DNA of 58,764 bases from a virus (IMGVR_UViG_3300017754_002055:1-58764), one strand, 5' to 3'; positions 47,811 through 55,536 are shown, counted from the first letter of the stretch. The notes: a model not told the origin generated them from the sequence alone. A program made the numbers and translations.

Positions 47811-49419
47811 AGACTCTTGCCATTGTTATGATTGCATTCGTACTAAGGATGGTTGTCGCTACACTCACAGCGTTTTGAAGCGCACTGCGTGTAACCTTAA
47901 GTGGGTCAATGACGCCCATCTCCATTAGGTCTCCAAACCCACCGGTCTTGATATTAAGCCCATGACCTGCAGGGTGCTCATTAAGATAGACCTCCTCTGA
48001 AAGACCGACGTTTTGAAGTATCTGACGAAGTGGAGCCTTGAGCGCTTGTCTCATTATGCTGAACGCACACTCCCACTCAGCGGCATATTTCTCCGGTATT
48101 GACGTTGTTATTAGCTCGTCAATGTTAATCTCATAGAGTGCCTTGCCGGCTCCCGGAAGGACGCCCTCCTCAAGCGCTGAACGAACCGCACACACCGCAT
48201 CGTCAACCCTGTCGTATAATTCTTTTTGCTCTAGGTCAGTATTACCACCAACAAATATGACACCGATGCCACCTGTCAGTGATGCGATACGCTCTAACAG
48301 AAAACTCTTCTCAGACTTTTTAGTTGCATTTTCATAAGCGTCACGCAATTGCTGCACACGCTCGTCAGCCTTCTCTTGATTTGAGCGAACCGATGATTTG
48401 ACAATAATGGTTTTGTCTCTTGACACAATAACCTTTGAGGCATGGCCAAGGTCAGCAGAGCTCATAATGCTCAAGTCGTCACCTGTCTTCTCAGAGAAGT
48501 ATGTTGCCCCAACGCTCACAGCAATGTCATGCATAAGCTCATGCTGCTTGTATCCGAAGTTAGGTGGAGGAACCACGCAAACCTTAAGGTTACCCTTCAT
48601 GACGTTTGCAGCAAGTGTGTTGACCACATTCGCATTACATGGCGCAATGATAAGTAACTTCTTTCCCTCAGTGATGATAGGCTTGAGGATGTTCTCAATC
48701 TGAAGGATATTAGAAATCTCCATGTCAGCCACAAGCACCATAGTGTCTTCAAAGACACACTCGTCCTTCTTTTGCTCGTTGGCAAATAGCGGAGATAGAT
48801 ACCCTCTGTCAAACTTAATACCGTGCGTAGTCTCTGCGTAGGTGTCAGAAGTCTGTGAGCGCTCAACAGTGACAATACCATTACGCCCCACCGACTTATA
48901 GACGTCAGAAATAATACGCCCAACCTCACGGTCATTGTTGGATGAGATTGTCGCTACGTCAAATAGCATTGAGTTAGATAACTTCTTGCTGCGTCGTCTT
49001 AGCTTCTCCACTGCCTTGTCGCTTATGTCCACTAGCGCACGTAGCACCTCAGTCTTGTTCATACTCTCGTCCATTAGCTCAACACCGCTGAGCACAAGAG
49101 ACTCTGTGAGCACAATTGCAGTGGTCGTACCATCACCTGCTGCGGTAGCAGTTTGGTCTGCCGCCTCCTTCATCATGCGAACCGCAAGGTTCTCAACCGG
49201 GTCCATAAGGTCAACTGCCTTAGCAACCGTAACCCCGTCCTTTGTGACGGTGATACCGTGAGTGTGATGTGGAGACTCAATAAGCACCGTATTCCCTCCG
49301 GGACCTAGTGTGCTTTTGACAGCAGAGGCCATCTTGACCACGCCATCTACAAGCTTGTTTCTGCCTGTGTCGCCGAAGTATAGGTCCTTCGGGCTGTAAC
49401 CTTGTTGCATATCTACCAT
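47794..49419 (-). CDS. groEL: Chaperonin GroEL
   Basis: TLGP.G, VTKDGVTVAK, AGDGTTTA, FDRGYLSP, RVDDAV.A and GVIDP.KVTR motifs; lacks the GGM tail. Confidence 0.97.
   Translation of the reverse strand: MVDMQQGYSPKDLYFGDTGRNKLVDGVVKMASAVKSTLGPGGNTVLIESPHHTHGITVTKDGVTVAKAVDLMDPVENLAVRMMKEAADQTATAAGDGTTTAIVLTESLVLSGVELMDESMNKTEVLRALVDISDKAVEKLRRRSKKLSNSMLFDVATISSNNDREVGRIISDVYKSVGRNGIVTVERSQTSDTYAETTHGIKFDRGYLSPLFANEQKKDECVFEDTMVLVADMEISNILQIENILKPIITEGKKLLIIAPCNANVVNTLAANVMKGNLKVCVVPPPNFGYKQHELMHDIAVSVGATYFSEKTGDDLSIMSSADLGHASKVIVSRDKTIIVKSSVRSNQEKADERVQQLRDAYENATKKSEKSFLLERIASLTGGIGVIFVGGNTDLEQKELYDRVDDAVCAVRSALEEGVLPGAGKALYEINIDELITTSIPEKYAAEWECAFSIMRQALKAPLRQILQNVGLSEEVYLNEHPAGHGLNIKTGGFGDLMEMGVIDPLKVTRSALQNAVSVATTILSTNAIITMARVYEQSK
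48743..48758. repeat. 16-bp palindrome GTGTCTTCAAAGACAC inside groEL
   Basis: Direct read; encodes part of CVFEDT. Confidence 0.95.
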
Positions 49420-49438
49420 TTGATTGGATTATTTGAGA

Positions 49439-49446
49439 CAAATATA
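49439..49446 (-). promoter_or_regulatory. Bacteroidota-type -7 element TATATTTG for groEL
   Basis: CAAATATA on the + strand, 19 nt upstream of the groEL ATG. Confidence 0.6.
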
Positions 49447-49525
49447 GTTAGTATTTATGAAAACCAAACATAAAAATTACTCTCGTTTAATTATGGATTA
49501 ATAAAGGTTCAATCCTTTAGATTAT

Positions 49526-49655
49526 TGTCAGAATGTCAATTTCTTCTCCCCTATTATATATATATATTTCCTCCTTTATATATCTTTTTTTTTAATATAG
49601 ATTCTCTTTTTAATTGACATAATCGACATAAAATTAATAATCAATAAGTTAAGTT
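49526..49655. other. AT-rich origin-like element, copy B
   Basis: TGTCAGAATGTCAAT, CCCCTAT, (TA)n, pyrimidine/T-run, AATTGACATAATCGACATA; paralogous to 2957-3095. Confidence 0.45.
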
Positions 49656-49699
49656 ACATAATTAGAAACATTCTCATGTCGAAAAAATACATAATGGAT

Positions 49700-49733
49700 A
49701 AAAAGAAAGAGGGGCCCGTTATAGACCCCTCTC
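49700..49733 (-). terminator. Intrinsic terminator
   Basis: Minus strand AGAGGGGTC-TATAACG-GGCCCCTCT-TTCTTTTT. Confidence 0.7.
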
Positions 49734-49778
49734 TTGAGTTGGTGAATTGCATTACCGTAAACTAACCAAAACTCAATA

Positions 49779-49940
49779 CTACTTCTTTGAAGCGACAGAC
49801 CAAATGCTTCCAACCAAAGTCATAACAGCTCCAATAATGTCAGCAGTTACAGACTCAGCAAGAATACCATTGGCAATCAAGATACCACCTACAAACGTAA
49901 GTGCGTGGCGAATCAGTCCTAGAACTTGTTCTGTTTTCAT
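49779..49940 (-). CDS. Small two-TM membrane protein (holin-like)
   Basis: MKTEQVLGLIRHALTFVGGIL..G...IIGAVMTLVG.IWS. Confidence 0.6.
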   Translation of the reverse strand: MKTEQVLGLIRHALTFVGGILIANGILAESVTADIIGAVMTLVGSIWSVASKK

Positions 49941-49963
49941 TGTAAAAAATATTAGGGGGTTAA

Positions 49964-50212
49964 TTAATCGCAACAGTCCATTCCGCGCATCATCTCATTC
50001 ATCTCACTCATTCGTTCTCCTCTAACATAAGCCTCAGCCTGCATGTTAATCTTCTTTTCAATCTTCATTTGACGACGAGCATTAGCAGCTTGTACAATTC
50101 CCATCTCAGAATTAGGACGGTCATTAATCAATCGTCCATCACGTACAGTAAGACCCGGGCCTCCTCCGTTGTATCCGGATTGGTAGACGCTATTTGAAAG
50201 TTTAAGTTTCAT
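49964..50212 (-). CDS. Hypothetical protein; first minus-strand gene
   Basis: Preceded by TACATTTG at 50237-50244 on the minus strand. Confidence 0.6.
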   Translation of the reverse strand: MKLKLSNSVYQSGYNGGGPGLTVRDGRLINDRPNSEMGIVQAANARRQMKIEKKINMQAEAYVRGERMSEMNEMMRGMDCCD

Positions 50213-50435
50213 AATGTATTGTTTTTATGTGTAATACAAATGTAGGCAAATTTTTAGAACGAGATACATAGGGTGTTGGGGTAATACCACGTCGCACGCG
50301 AGCCGGGCCCCTACCGAAAGCGACCTGCTCCAAAGGGGTGGGGGGTGCAATTCGCCGCCGCCCGTCTAACTTTTTGCCGTTTTTCCTGTGGGCCATTGCC
50401 GCCGCCGCCCTGTAGCACAACAGCGCCGCCGCCGC

Positions 50436-50485
50436 CCTGTTACCTGTTACCTGTTTGCCCTGTCACCTGTCACCTGTCACCTGTT
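50436..50485 (+). repeat. Heptamer tandem array CCTGT(T/C)A, about 7 copies, next to (GCC)n runs
   Basis: CCTGTTA CCTGTTA CCTGTTT GC CCTGTCA CCTGTCA CCTGTCA CCTGTT. Confidence 0.85.
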
Positions 50486-50520
50486 CGCCGCCCATTCGCG
50501 GCCCGTTGGCCCTGTTTATT

Positions 50521-50536
50521 GTGTCTTCAAAGACAC
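50521..50536. repeat. 16-bp palindrome GTGTCTTCAAAGACAC
   Basis: Direct read; in the divergent intergenic region. Confidence 0.95.
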
Positions 50537-50708
50537 TTCGTACAAAGTTCGTCTAAAATTCGTCTACTGATCGTAGAACGTTCGTCTAATAGCAGCCCCA
50601 CCACAAGTACACCCCACAAACTGAAATATTTTTCACCTCTACAGGCCGCACCAAATAAGGCCTTCAAAAAAAAATGAATAAAAACGCAAACTTTTTTTTC
50701 CCTAGGTA

Positions 50709-50738
50709 TTGATTTGAACGAAATTTGAACTATATTTG
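50709..50738 (+). promoter_or_regulatory. Early promoter 1
   Basis: TTGA...TATATTTG (50731-50738) upstream of the first early gene. Confidence 0.7.
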
Positions 50739-50798
50739 TACCGCCAATGAACGAAACAACGGCACAAAATAACATAAACAATTCAAAATCAACAAGTT

Positions 50799-51440
50799 AT
50801 GAGTAATTTACTATCAATTGAGGCAAATTTCCTCAATTTACCACAGGTGAAACAGGGCTTACACCTACAGGAGCTTAACGCTATCAACAAAAAAATGGCC
50901 AAGGCCCACAAACAGCGTTTTATCCATAGCCTAGAGCTAAGCAAGGTAGCTGTTCAGTCTTTCGAGTGGTTTAGCTCGGCCGAGGGACAGGCCCTGTGCA
51001 ACGAAGAGGGTATCGCTTGGAACAGGGAAACCTTTGCCGACAAAGTGTTCGGAGTGAAAAACTCCTACTTTGGCAAATTACTCAAAGTAGGTGGAATGGA
51101 CGCTGTAGTGGTGGAAACGTTCAACACTAAATGTGATGAGGCCGAGGCCAACAATCAAAAGTGTGACCGCAGCGTTGCAGGCCTTATAAACTTTGCGAAA
51201 GCGGGTATTGAGTCTGACGTTGTTATCGCTGAGGCCGAGTCTGAAGGTGATATAGAAGAGACGACAGAAGAGGCCGTAGAGCCAACCACAGACTGTGTAT
51301 TCACAATGACCCACAAGGCCGCGACAGGCAACGTTGCAATGAGTATTGATAGCATGGGCACAATGACCACTGCAAACAGCCGCGAAGAGCTAAAAGAGGC
51401 TCTAAAATTCGCTCTTACTCGCCTAGGATATTCATTTTAA
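50799..51440 (+). CDS. First early protein, possible HTH
   Basis: Long ORF after the promoter; WNRETFADKVFGVKNSYFGKLLK is HTH-like; acidic linker. Confidence 0.65.
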   Translation: MSNLLSIEANFLNLPQVKQGLHLQELNAINKKMAKAHKQRFIHSLELSKVAVQSFEWFSSAEGQALCNEEGIAWNRETFADKVFGVKNSYFGKLLKVGGMDAVVVETFNTKCDEAEANNQKCDRSVAGLINFAKAGIESDVVIAEAESEGDIEETTEEAVEPTTDCVFTMTHKAATGNVAMSIDSMGTMTTANSREELKEALKFALTRLGYSF

Positions 51441-51442
51441 CC

Positions 51443-51458
51443 GTGTCTTCAAAGACAC
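51443..51458. repeat. 16-bp palindrome GTGTCTTCAAAGACAC
   Basis: Direct read, 2 nt after the stop of 50799..51440. Confidence 0.95.
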
Positions 51459-51475
51459 ATAAAACACACACAGCA

Positions 51476-52384
51476 ATGAGCACAGGAATAGTATACACAG
51501 TAACAGGAAACCAAGAACGCGGACAGGTAACACTTTACCACCACAAACCGTATCCGCTTTTCTTGAACAAGACAAAGTACCGTATTGACGTTGCAGGCCT
51601 CAAACCTGTAACAGCACGTGAGGCCCTAAAAATAAACGGAGACTCAATTGAGTCGCGTTTTACGGTAGGCTTTGAGGTTGAGAAAAACCAATTGCACAGG
51701 GGCGCCGTTCGTGAGTATGAGCTGTTCTGTGGTTTCGAGCGCGACAGTTCATGCGGCTACGAGGCTGTCACGCATATTTTGCCGCTGTTGCCGTCGGGCC
51801 TGTGGCGCACAAAAGTGTATGACATGATGTACAAGGCCGAGCGCATAATCGATGACCGCTACAGCCCGTCAAACAGAAATTGTGGAGGCCACATTACACT
51901 AGGCTGCGACGGTTTCACAGGTGATGACCTACGTGAGGCCGTGAGAAAAAACGCGGGTATTGTTTTGGCCCTGTTTCGCAACCGTTTGTCAAATCAATAC
52001 TGTAACCGTAACTTGACCATGTTAAGCAGCTCAGACTCACATATGCATGCAAACGGGTACCACTTCAAGTATCAATTGGCCTTGGTAAAAGGTGATTGCC
52101 TAGAGTTTAGATTGCCGTCAAGGTTTGAGAGTGTTAAGCAAATGATGAGACGTTACGAGCTGTTCTACGAGCTAGTTAACTACAGCGTGAATAAGCCTAA
52201 CGGCACGTTCAAGGCCTTTCTCAAGCATATAACGCCGCTGATAGTGTCCATGTACAATGGCGACGCTGCAAAGGCCGGTAAGGTCATCGAACTAGCAGAA
52301 AGGTTTCAAAAGTTCATCAATACCGGCGAATGGACCGACGAGGTTAGGGCCTACGTGAGCGGCAACACAAGCGGCCTCCTGTAA
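51476..52384 (+). CDS. Putative amidoligase (COOH-NH2 ligase type 2)
   Basis: GFEVE, D.S..E.VT, CGGHI and LEFRLP motifs; ATG start at 51476. Confidence 0.7.
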   Translation: MSTGIVYTVTGNQERGQVTLYHHKPYPLFLNKTKYRIDVAGLKPVTAREALKINGDSIESRFTVGFEVEKNQLHRGAVREYELFCGFERDSSCGYEAVTHILPLLPSGLWRTKVYDMMYKAERIIDDRYSPSNRNCGGHITLGCDGFTGDDLREAVRKNAGIVLALFRNRLSNQYCNRNLTMLSSSDSHMHANGYHFKYQLALVKGDCLEFRLPSRFESVKQMMRRYELFYELVNYSVNKPNGTFKAFLKHITPLIVSMYNGDAAKAGKVIELAERFQKFINTGEWTDEVRAYVSGNTSGLL

Positions 52385-52393
52385 AGGCCTCAT

Positions 52394-52423
52394 GCGAGGG
52401 GTGTCTTCAAAGACACTCTTCGC
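52394..52423 (+). repeat. Hairpin containing the 16-bp palindrome (52401-52416)
   Basis: GCGAGGG-GTGTCTTCAAAGACAC-TCTTCGC. Confidence 0.9.
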
Positions 52424-52426
52424 TTC

Positions 52427-52475
52427 CTGTAACAGGGTGAGTGCCCTGTCTGATGAGCTCAAAAGAGCGAAACAG
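52427..52475 (+). ncRNA. Hammerhead ribozyme HHR1 (type III)
   Basis: CUGUA^ ACAGGG-UGAGUG-CCCUGU CUGAUGA GCUC-AAAA-GAGC GAA ACAG; full core; predicted cut after 52431. Confidence 0.93.
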
Positions 52476-52507
52476 TAACCACAAAACATAATCAAAATCA
52501 AAAAGCT

Positions 52508-52702
52508 ATGTTCTACATTGGCAAAACTTACAAGCATGGTCAACACCAAATGACCCGCGAATTTTCAACCGAGTATTCAGCTCTCAATTGGATTGACGCA
52601 AACTCCCGTCACTATGGATTGCACGTTAGTGAAGACGGTTACAGCGCCTCTTCAGAGGATGACCTCGGGTGGTATTTCGAGATAGAGGAGTGCGAATACT
52701 AA
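52508..52702 (+). CDS. Hypothetical early protein
   Basis: AAATC-rich leader directly after HHR1. Confidence 0.65.
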   Translation: MFYIGKTYKHGQHQMTREFSTEYSALNWIDANSRHYGLHVSEDGYSASSEDDLGWYFEIEECEY

Positions 52703-52717
52703 GCCCTAGTTCGGGCC

Positions 52718-52751
52718 GTGTCTTCAAAGACACACTTCGCCTCCTGTAACA
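52718..52751 (+). repeat. 16-bp palindrome (52718-52733) plus truncated ribozyme-cassette remnant
   Basis: GTGTCTTCAAAGACAC-ACTTCGCCTCCTGTAACA matches the HHR1 cassette to just past the cleavage site, then diverges. Confidence 0.8.
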
Positions 52752-52783
52752 ACAACAATCAGAAACAAATCAAATCAAATCAC

Positions 52784-52915
52784 ATGCGTAAATTAATTAT
52801 CTTCATCATTGCAGCGGCTGTTCTTGCTTCATGTTCTAACAGCGCGAAACTAAGCCATTCACATTACACGAAAGGCATGACCAAAGGTCAAGACGGGTGC
52901 GCTTGGCACAAGTAA
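52784..52915 (+). CDS. Small lipoprotein
   Basis: MRKLIIFIIAAAVLAS-C: basic N-terminus, hydrophobic core and lipobox. Confidence 0.65.
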   Translation: MRKLIIFIIAAAVLASCSNSAKLSHSHYTKGMTKGQDGCAWHK

Positions 52916-52965
52916 GGTTAACTGACGAGTCTTGACTAGACGAAACGCCGTGAGGCGTCTTAACC
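52916..52965 (+). ncRNA. Hammerhead ribozyme HHR2 (type I)
   Basis: GGUUAA CUGACGA GUCU-UGACU-AGAC GAA ACGCC-GUGA-GGCGU C^ UUAACC; predicted cut after 52959. Confidence 0.92.
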
Positions 52966-52981
52966 AAATAAATAATTTATC

Positions 52982-53158
52982 ATGACAACTTACTTCATTT
53001 GCAACACTGACAGCTACGGCCAAAGAACAGGCAGCTATAGCTCTATTCAACTAAGCGAAGGCGATATCAAGATTGATAGCCACGGTAACAAGCTCACACA
53101 GGGCGGCACATTTCTTTACGAGAGCGAGCTAGAAATCATGCGAGCGTGTCAAGGTTAA
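52982..53158 (+). CDS. Hypothetical early protein (58 aa, not in ORF track)
   Basis: MTTYFICNTDSYGQRTG...; bracketed by HHR2 and HHR3; its stop TAA is part of HHR3 stem I. Confidence 0.65.
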   Translation: MTTYFICNTDSYGQRTGSYSSIQLSEGDIKIDSHGNKLTQGGTFLYESELEIMRACQG

Positions 53159-53202
53159 CTGATGAGCCGTTATTCGACGAAACGCCGTGAGGCGTCTTAA
53201 CC
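53153..53202 (+). ncRNA. Hammerhead ribozyme HHR3 (type I)
   Basis: GGUUAA CUGAUGA GCCG-UUAUU-CGAC GAA ACGCC-GUGA-GGCGU C^ UUAACC; one C-A mismatch in stem II; predicted cut after 53196. Confidence 0.87.
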
Positions 53203-53219
53203 ATCATAAACAATTTACC

Positions 53220-53594
53220 ATGAGTACAACAACCCGCGCAATTGGACAGCGCAAATCATTAACGAGAGCCTCAGAGGCAGTGCCATTCAAGACTAACAGA
53301 CTAGAGGTATCTAGACTAGTCAAGGCGCAAACCGACGCGATAACAAGCGGCGTGTGGGATTTCCCAATGGACTACAAATTCGCCAACAGCGGCCAAGTTT
53401 GGGACGCCGTGAACGAGGGCAAGAGCGTGCAAATGTTCGTGCGTCAGTGCATGATTGAGTTCGGCACAATTACAGGAGCTCTTCTAGGTAGTCAGTTCAA
53501 CCACGTATCGCATAGCAGCAAACAAGCAATTCGCAAGGGCGTCATGAGAGCACAGCAATACAAGCAAATTATTGACCAACTAAAACAGAAATGA
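53220..53594 (+). CDS. Hypothetical early protein
   Basis: ATG start MSTTTRA just after HHR3. Confidence 0.65.
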   Translation: MSTTTRAIGQRKSLTRASEAVPFKTNRLEVSRLVKAQTDAITSGVWDFPMDYKFANSGQVWDAVNEGKSVQMFVRQCMIEFGTITGALLGSQFNHVSHSSKQAIRKGVMRAQQYKQIIDQLKQK

Positions 53595-53767
53595 TGACCA
53601 CAAAAATCAAACAGTTCGCAGCGGCGTGCGTGCTAATTGCACTACTTGTCATTGGCAGTTCACTTGACAAGCAAACACAGCTGACTGAGTGCGTACAAAA
53701 CAGCGACGGAACGGACGCACAGTGCGAAGAGTGCTACAAAAAAGTATACGGCGAGTACCCTAAATAA
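53591..53767 (+). CDS. Small membrane-anchored/secreted protein (58 aa, not in ORF track)
   Basis: ATGA overlap; hydrophobic N-terminal segment, Cys-rich C-terminus. Confidence 0.55.
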   Translation: MMTTKIKQFAAACVLIALLVIGSSLDKQTQLTECVQNSDGTDAQCEECYKKVYGEYPK

Positions 53768-53837
53768 TTTAGGGGCCGTAACACGCTGAGAGACAACAGA
53801 TTAACGAGGGTTGAGCTGGAATTGTTAATAACTTTTA

Positions 53838-53880
53838 TTGACTTCGTTCAATTCTCGTTGTATCTTTGTCGAAAATTCGT
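53838..53880 (+). promoter_or_regulatory. Early promoter 2
   Basis: TTGACTTCGTTCAATTCT....GTATCTTTGTCGAAAATT; near-identical to 56008-56050. Confidence 0.8.
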
Positions 53881-53931
53881 ACAAATAAATATAAAACTTA
53901 ATTAGGGGTGCGCCTATAACGCACAAACATC

Positions 53932-54243
53932 ATGAAACAATACAGACACATTGAAGGTAACAACCATTTGAAGATTGAAGTTTACTACAACAAAGGTGGC
54001 ATGAATTATTTTTCGGGAAACACAGACAAGCGCGGGTATTGGCTCAGCATTATAAGGGTAGAGCGAGAGCAAAGCCCCATGGGATACACAACCGAGAGCT
54101 TTACGGTGTTCGGTGGTGGTAACCGTCGCATGTTCTTGCATGAGGTCAAGAGACAAAGCGACAAAGCCTATACTCAAGCGGTGGAGATAGCTAAAGGAAA
54201 GATTGACGAGCTATGCGAGGTGGTTCTTGCAGGGTCGAGATAA
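53932..54243 (+). CDS. Hypothetical early protein
   Basis: YYNKGGMNYFSG...RGYWLS; follows promoter 2. Confidence 0.7.
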   Translation: MKQYRHIEGNNHLKIEVYYNKGGMNYFSGNTDKRGYWLSIIRVEREQSPMGYTTESFTVFGGGNRRMFLHEVKRQSDKAYTQAVEIAKGKIDELCEVVLAGSR

Positions 54244-54302
54244 GAGATAAAAGAGACGCGAGGTGGTAACTCGTTGTTGTGTATGTGTTTTAGCAAAACA
54301 GT

Positions 54303-54326
54303 GGCGGTGTCTTCAAAGACACTGCC
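54303..54326 (+). repeat. Hairpin containing the 16-bp palindrome (54307-54322)
   Basis: GGCG-GTGTCTTCAAAGACAC-TGCC. Confidence 0.9.
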
Positions 54327-54380
54327 TCCTGTCTCAAGGTGTGCACCTTGACTGACGAGCTCCGAAAGGACGAAACAGGA
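54327..54380 (+). ncRNA. Hammerhead ribozyme HHR4 (type III)
   Basis: UCCUGUC^ UCAAGG-UGUGCA-CCUUGA CUGACGA G(C)UCC-GAAA-GGAC GAA ACAGGA; predicted cut after 54333. Confidence 0.9.
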
Positions 54381-54401
54381 AACTAAAAAATTAAAAACAA
54401 C

Positions 54402-54587
54402 ATGGCAAAGTGTATTCTATTTTTCTACATCATTGTCGGCAAGGTTGAGCGAAGCGACAACCTGTACACCATTCATACCGACGGCAAAACCTACGAGCAT
54501 GCATGCGAGGGCGAGACTCTCAATTGGATTGTGACGGGTGAGTTTATTTACGACGACTTCAAATGCGAGTGTAACGAAATCAATTAA
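54402..54587 (+). CDS. Hypothetical early protein
   Basis: A-rich leader after HHR4. Confidence 0.6.
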   Translation: MAKCILFFYIIVGKVERSDNLYTIHTDGKTYEHACEGETLNWIVTGEFIYDDFKCECNEIN

Positions 54588-54590
54588 AAC

Positions 54591-54920
54591 ATGAGGTACG
54601 CAAAACTAATTTCTAACAACGAGGCTACAATTGTCACTGAAGACGGTGGAGTAGCTACTGTACATCACAACGGACAAAACCTAGTCACCACCTACTATCA
54701 ATTGAGGGCCGAGCAGTTCGACGACGACATGTGGGACATGCTCCAAGAGGGTAAGCAATACCTAAAAGATTGGAGGCACAAACAAGAGGTTGACGAGGAG
54801 ACAATTCATGCAGCGCTAGAGTGGCTGTGTCCAACTGAGCGCAATTGGGTCGAGGAGGACTACTACCTGTTTACCACAGAGTTTAATCACCAACAAAATA
54901 AACGGAGGGAAAACCTATGA
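54591..54920 (+). CDS. Hypothetical early protein
   Basis: Operon packing. Confidence 0.6.
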   Translation: MRYAKLISNNEATIVTEDGGVATVHHNGQNLVTTYYQLRAEQFDDDMWDMLQEGKQYLKDWRHKQEVDEETIHAALEWLCPTERNWVEEDYYLFTTEFNHQQNKRRENL

Positions 54921-55201
54921 TGCATGCAACCAAGCTTAAAAAAGCGGGCGGTATACTTGAGATACGCCACAACGACGAGGGCGACGCAGTGTACGTTTTT
55001 ATCAAGAGAAAAAAGGCTAGGGTATTTCCTTCATTAGAGGGGCTAATATCAAGCGTATACTTCGGAGTGGACTCAGAGCATTTCACTTGTCAAGACAGCG
55101 AACTATTCGAGCTGTATGAGGGCGGAGACTATGAGTACAAGAAGCTACGAAACAGAAAAGAAAATCCCGAAAATCCAAACCAATTAAAGTTATGGCAGTA
55201 G
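54917..55201 (+). CDS. Hypothetical early protein
   Basis: ATGA overlap. Confidence 0.6.
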   Translation: MMHATKLKKAGGILEIRHNDEGDAVYVFIKRKKARVFPSLEGLISSVYFGVDSEHFTCQDSELFELYEGGDYEYKKLRNRKENPENPNQLKLWQ

Positions 55202-55434
55202 AACAATTAGCAGCAGAGCTCGAGCTCGAGGGCAAGTATGGGTACTTTGAGTACATCATGGAGAGCGTGTCCAATGGACAGAACAAACAGGCAAGAGAAC
55301 TATACGAGGAGCTCACAATTACTGAGGCGACTGAGTTCTTCGAGTGGGTCGAGGCTAGTTACCATTACGAGGCGGACAGCGACAAGGTTCGCGGCCTTGA
55401 GATGGAGCACCTAAGACTCAAGCTAAGCAGATGA
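55192..55434 (+). CDS. Hypothetical acidic early protein
   Basis: YFEYIMES..NGQ.KQARELY. Confidence 0.6.
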   Translation: MAVEQLAAELELEGKYGYFEYIMESVSNGQNKQARELYEELTITEATEFFEWVEASYHYEADSDKVRGLEMEHLRLKLSR

Positions 55435-55440
55435 ACAAAA

Positions 55441-55466
55441 GCGGAGTGTCTTCAAAGACACTTCGC
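55441..55466 (+). repeat. Hairpin containing the 16-bp palindrome (55446-55461)
   Basis: GCGGA-GTGTCTTCAAAGACAC-TTCGC. Confidence 0.9.
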
Positions 55467-55515
55467 CTGTAGCACGGTGTGCGCCGTGCCTGACGATACC
55501 AAAAGGTTGAAACAG
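55467..55515 (+). ncRNA. Hammerhead ribozyme HHR5 (type III, variant stem II)
   Basis: CUGUA^ GCACGG-UGUGCG-CCGUGC CUGACGA UACC-AAAA-GGUU GAA ACAG; U-U in place of the usual G-C at the base of stem II; predicted cut after 55471. Confidence 0.8.
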
Positions 55516-55536
55516 AAACTAAAAAAACAATTACAC

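Noticed and set aside
8873-49261. Numerous short + strand ORFs antisense to the late genes
   Set aside because: They are shadow frames of long minus-strand CDSs with no leaders or motifs; only 46863..47312 is accepted.
50202-50781. ORFs across the GC-rich divergent region
   Set aside because: They are low-complexity translations of (GCC)n and heptamer repeats with non-ATG or unsupported starts.
53768-53820. Possible twister-like ribozyme (TAACAC...GAGGG)
   Set aside because: I could not build the P1/P2/P4 stems or the pseudoknots; only short motif resemblance.
51443-55536. GTG starts proposed at 51443, 52718, 53187 and 55477
   Set aside because: These GTGs lie inside palindromes or ribozymes; downstream ATGs with A-rich leaders (51476, 52784, 53220, 55537) are more plausible.
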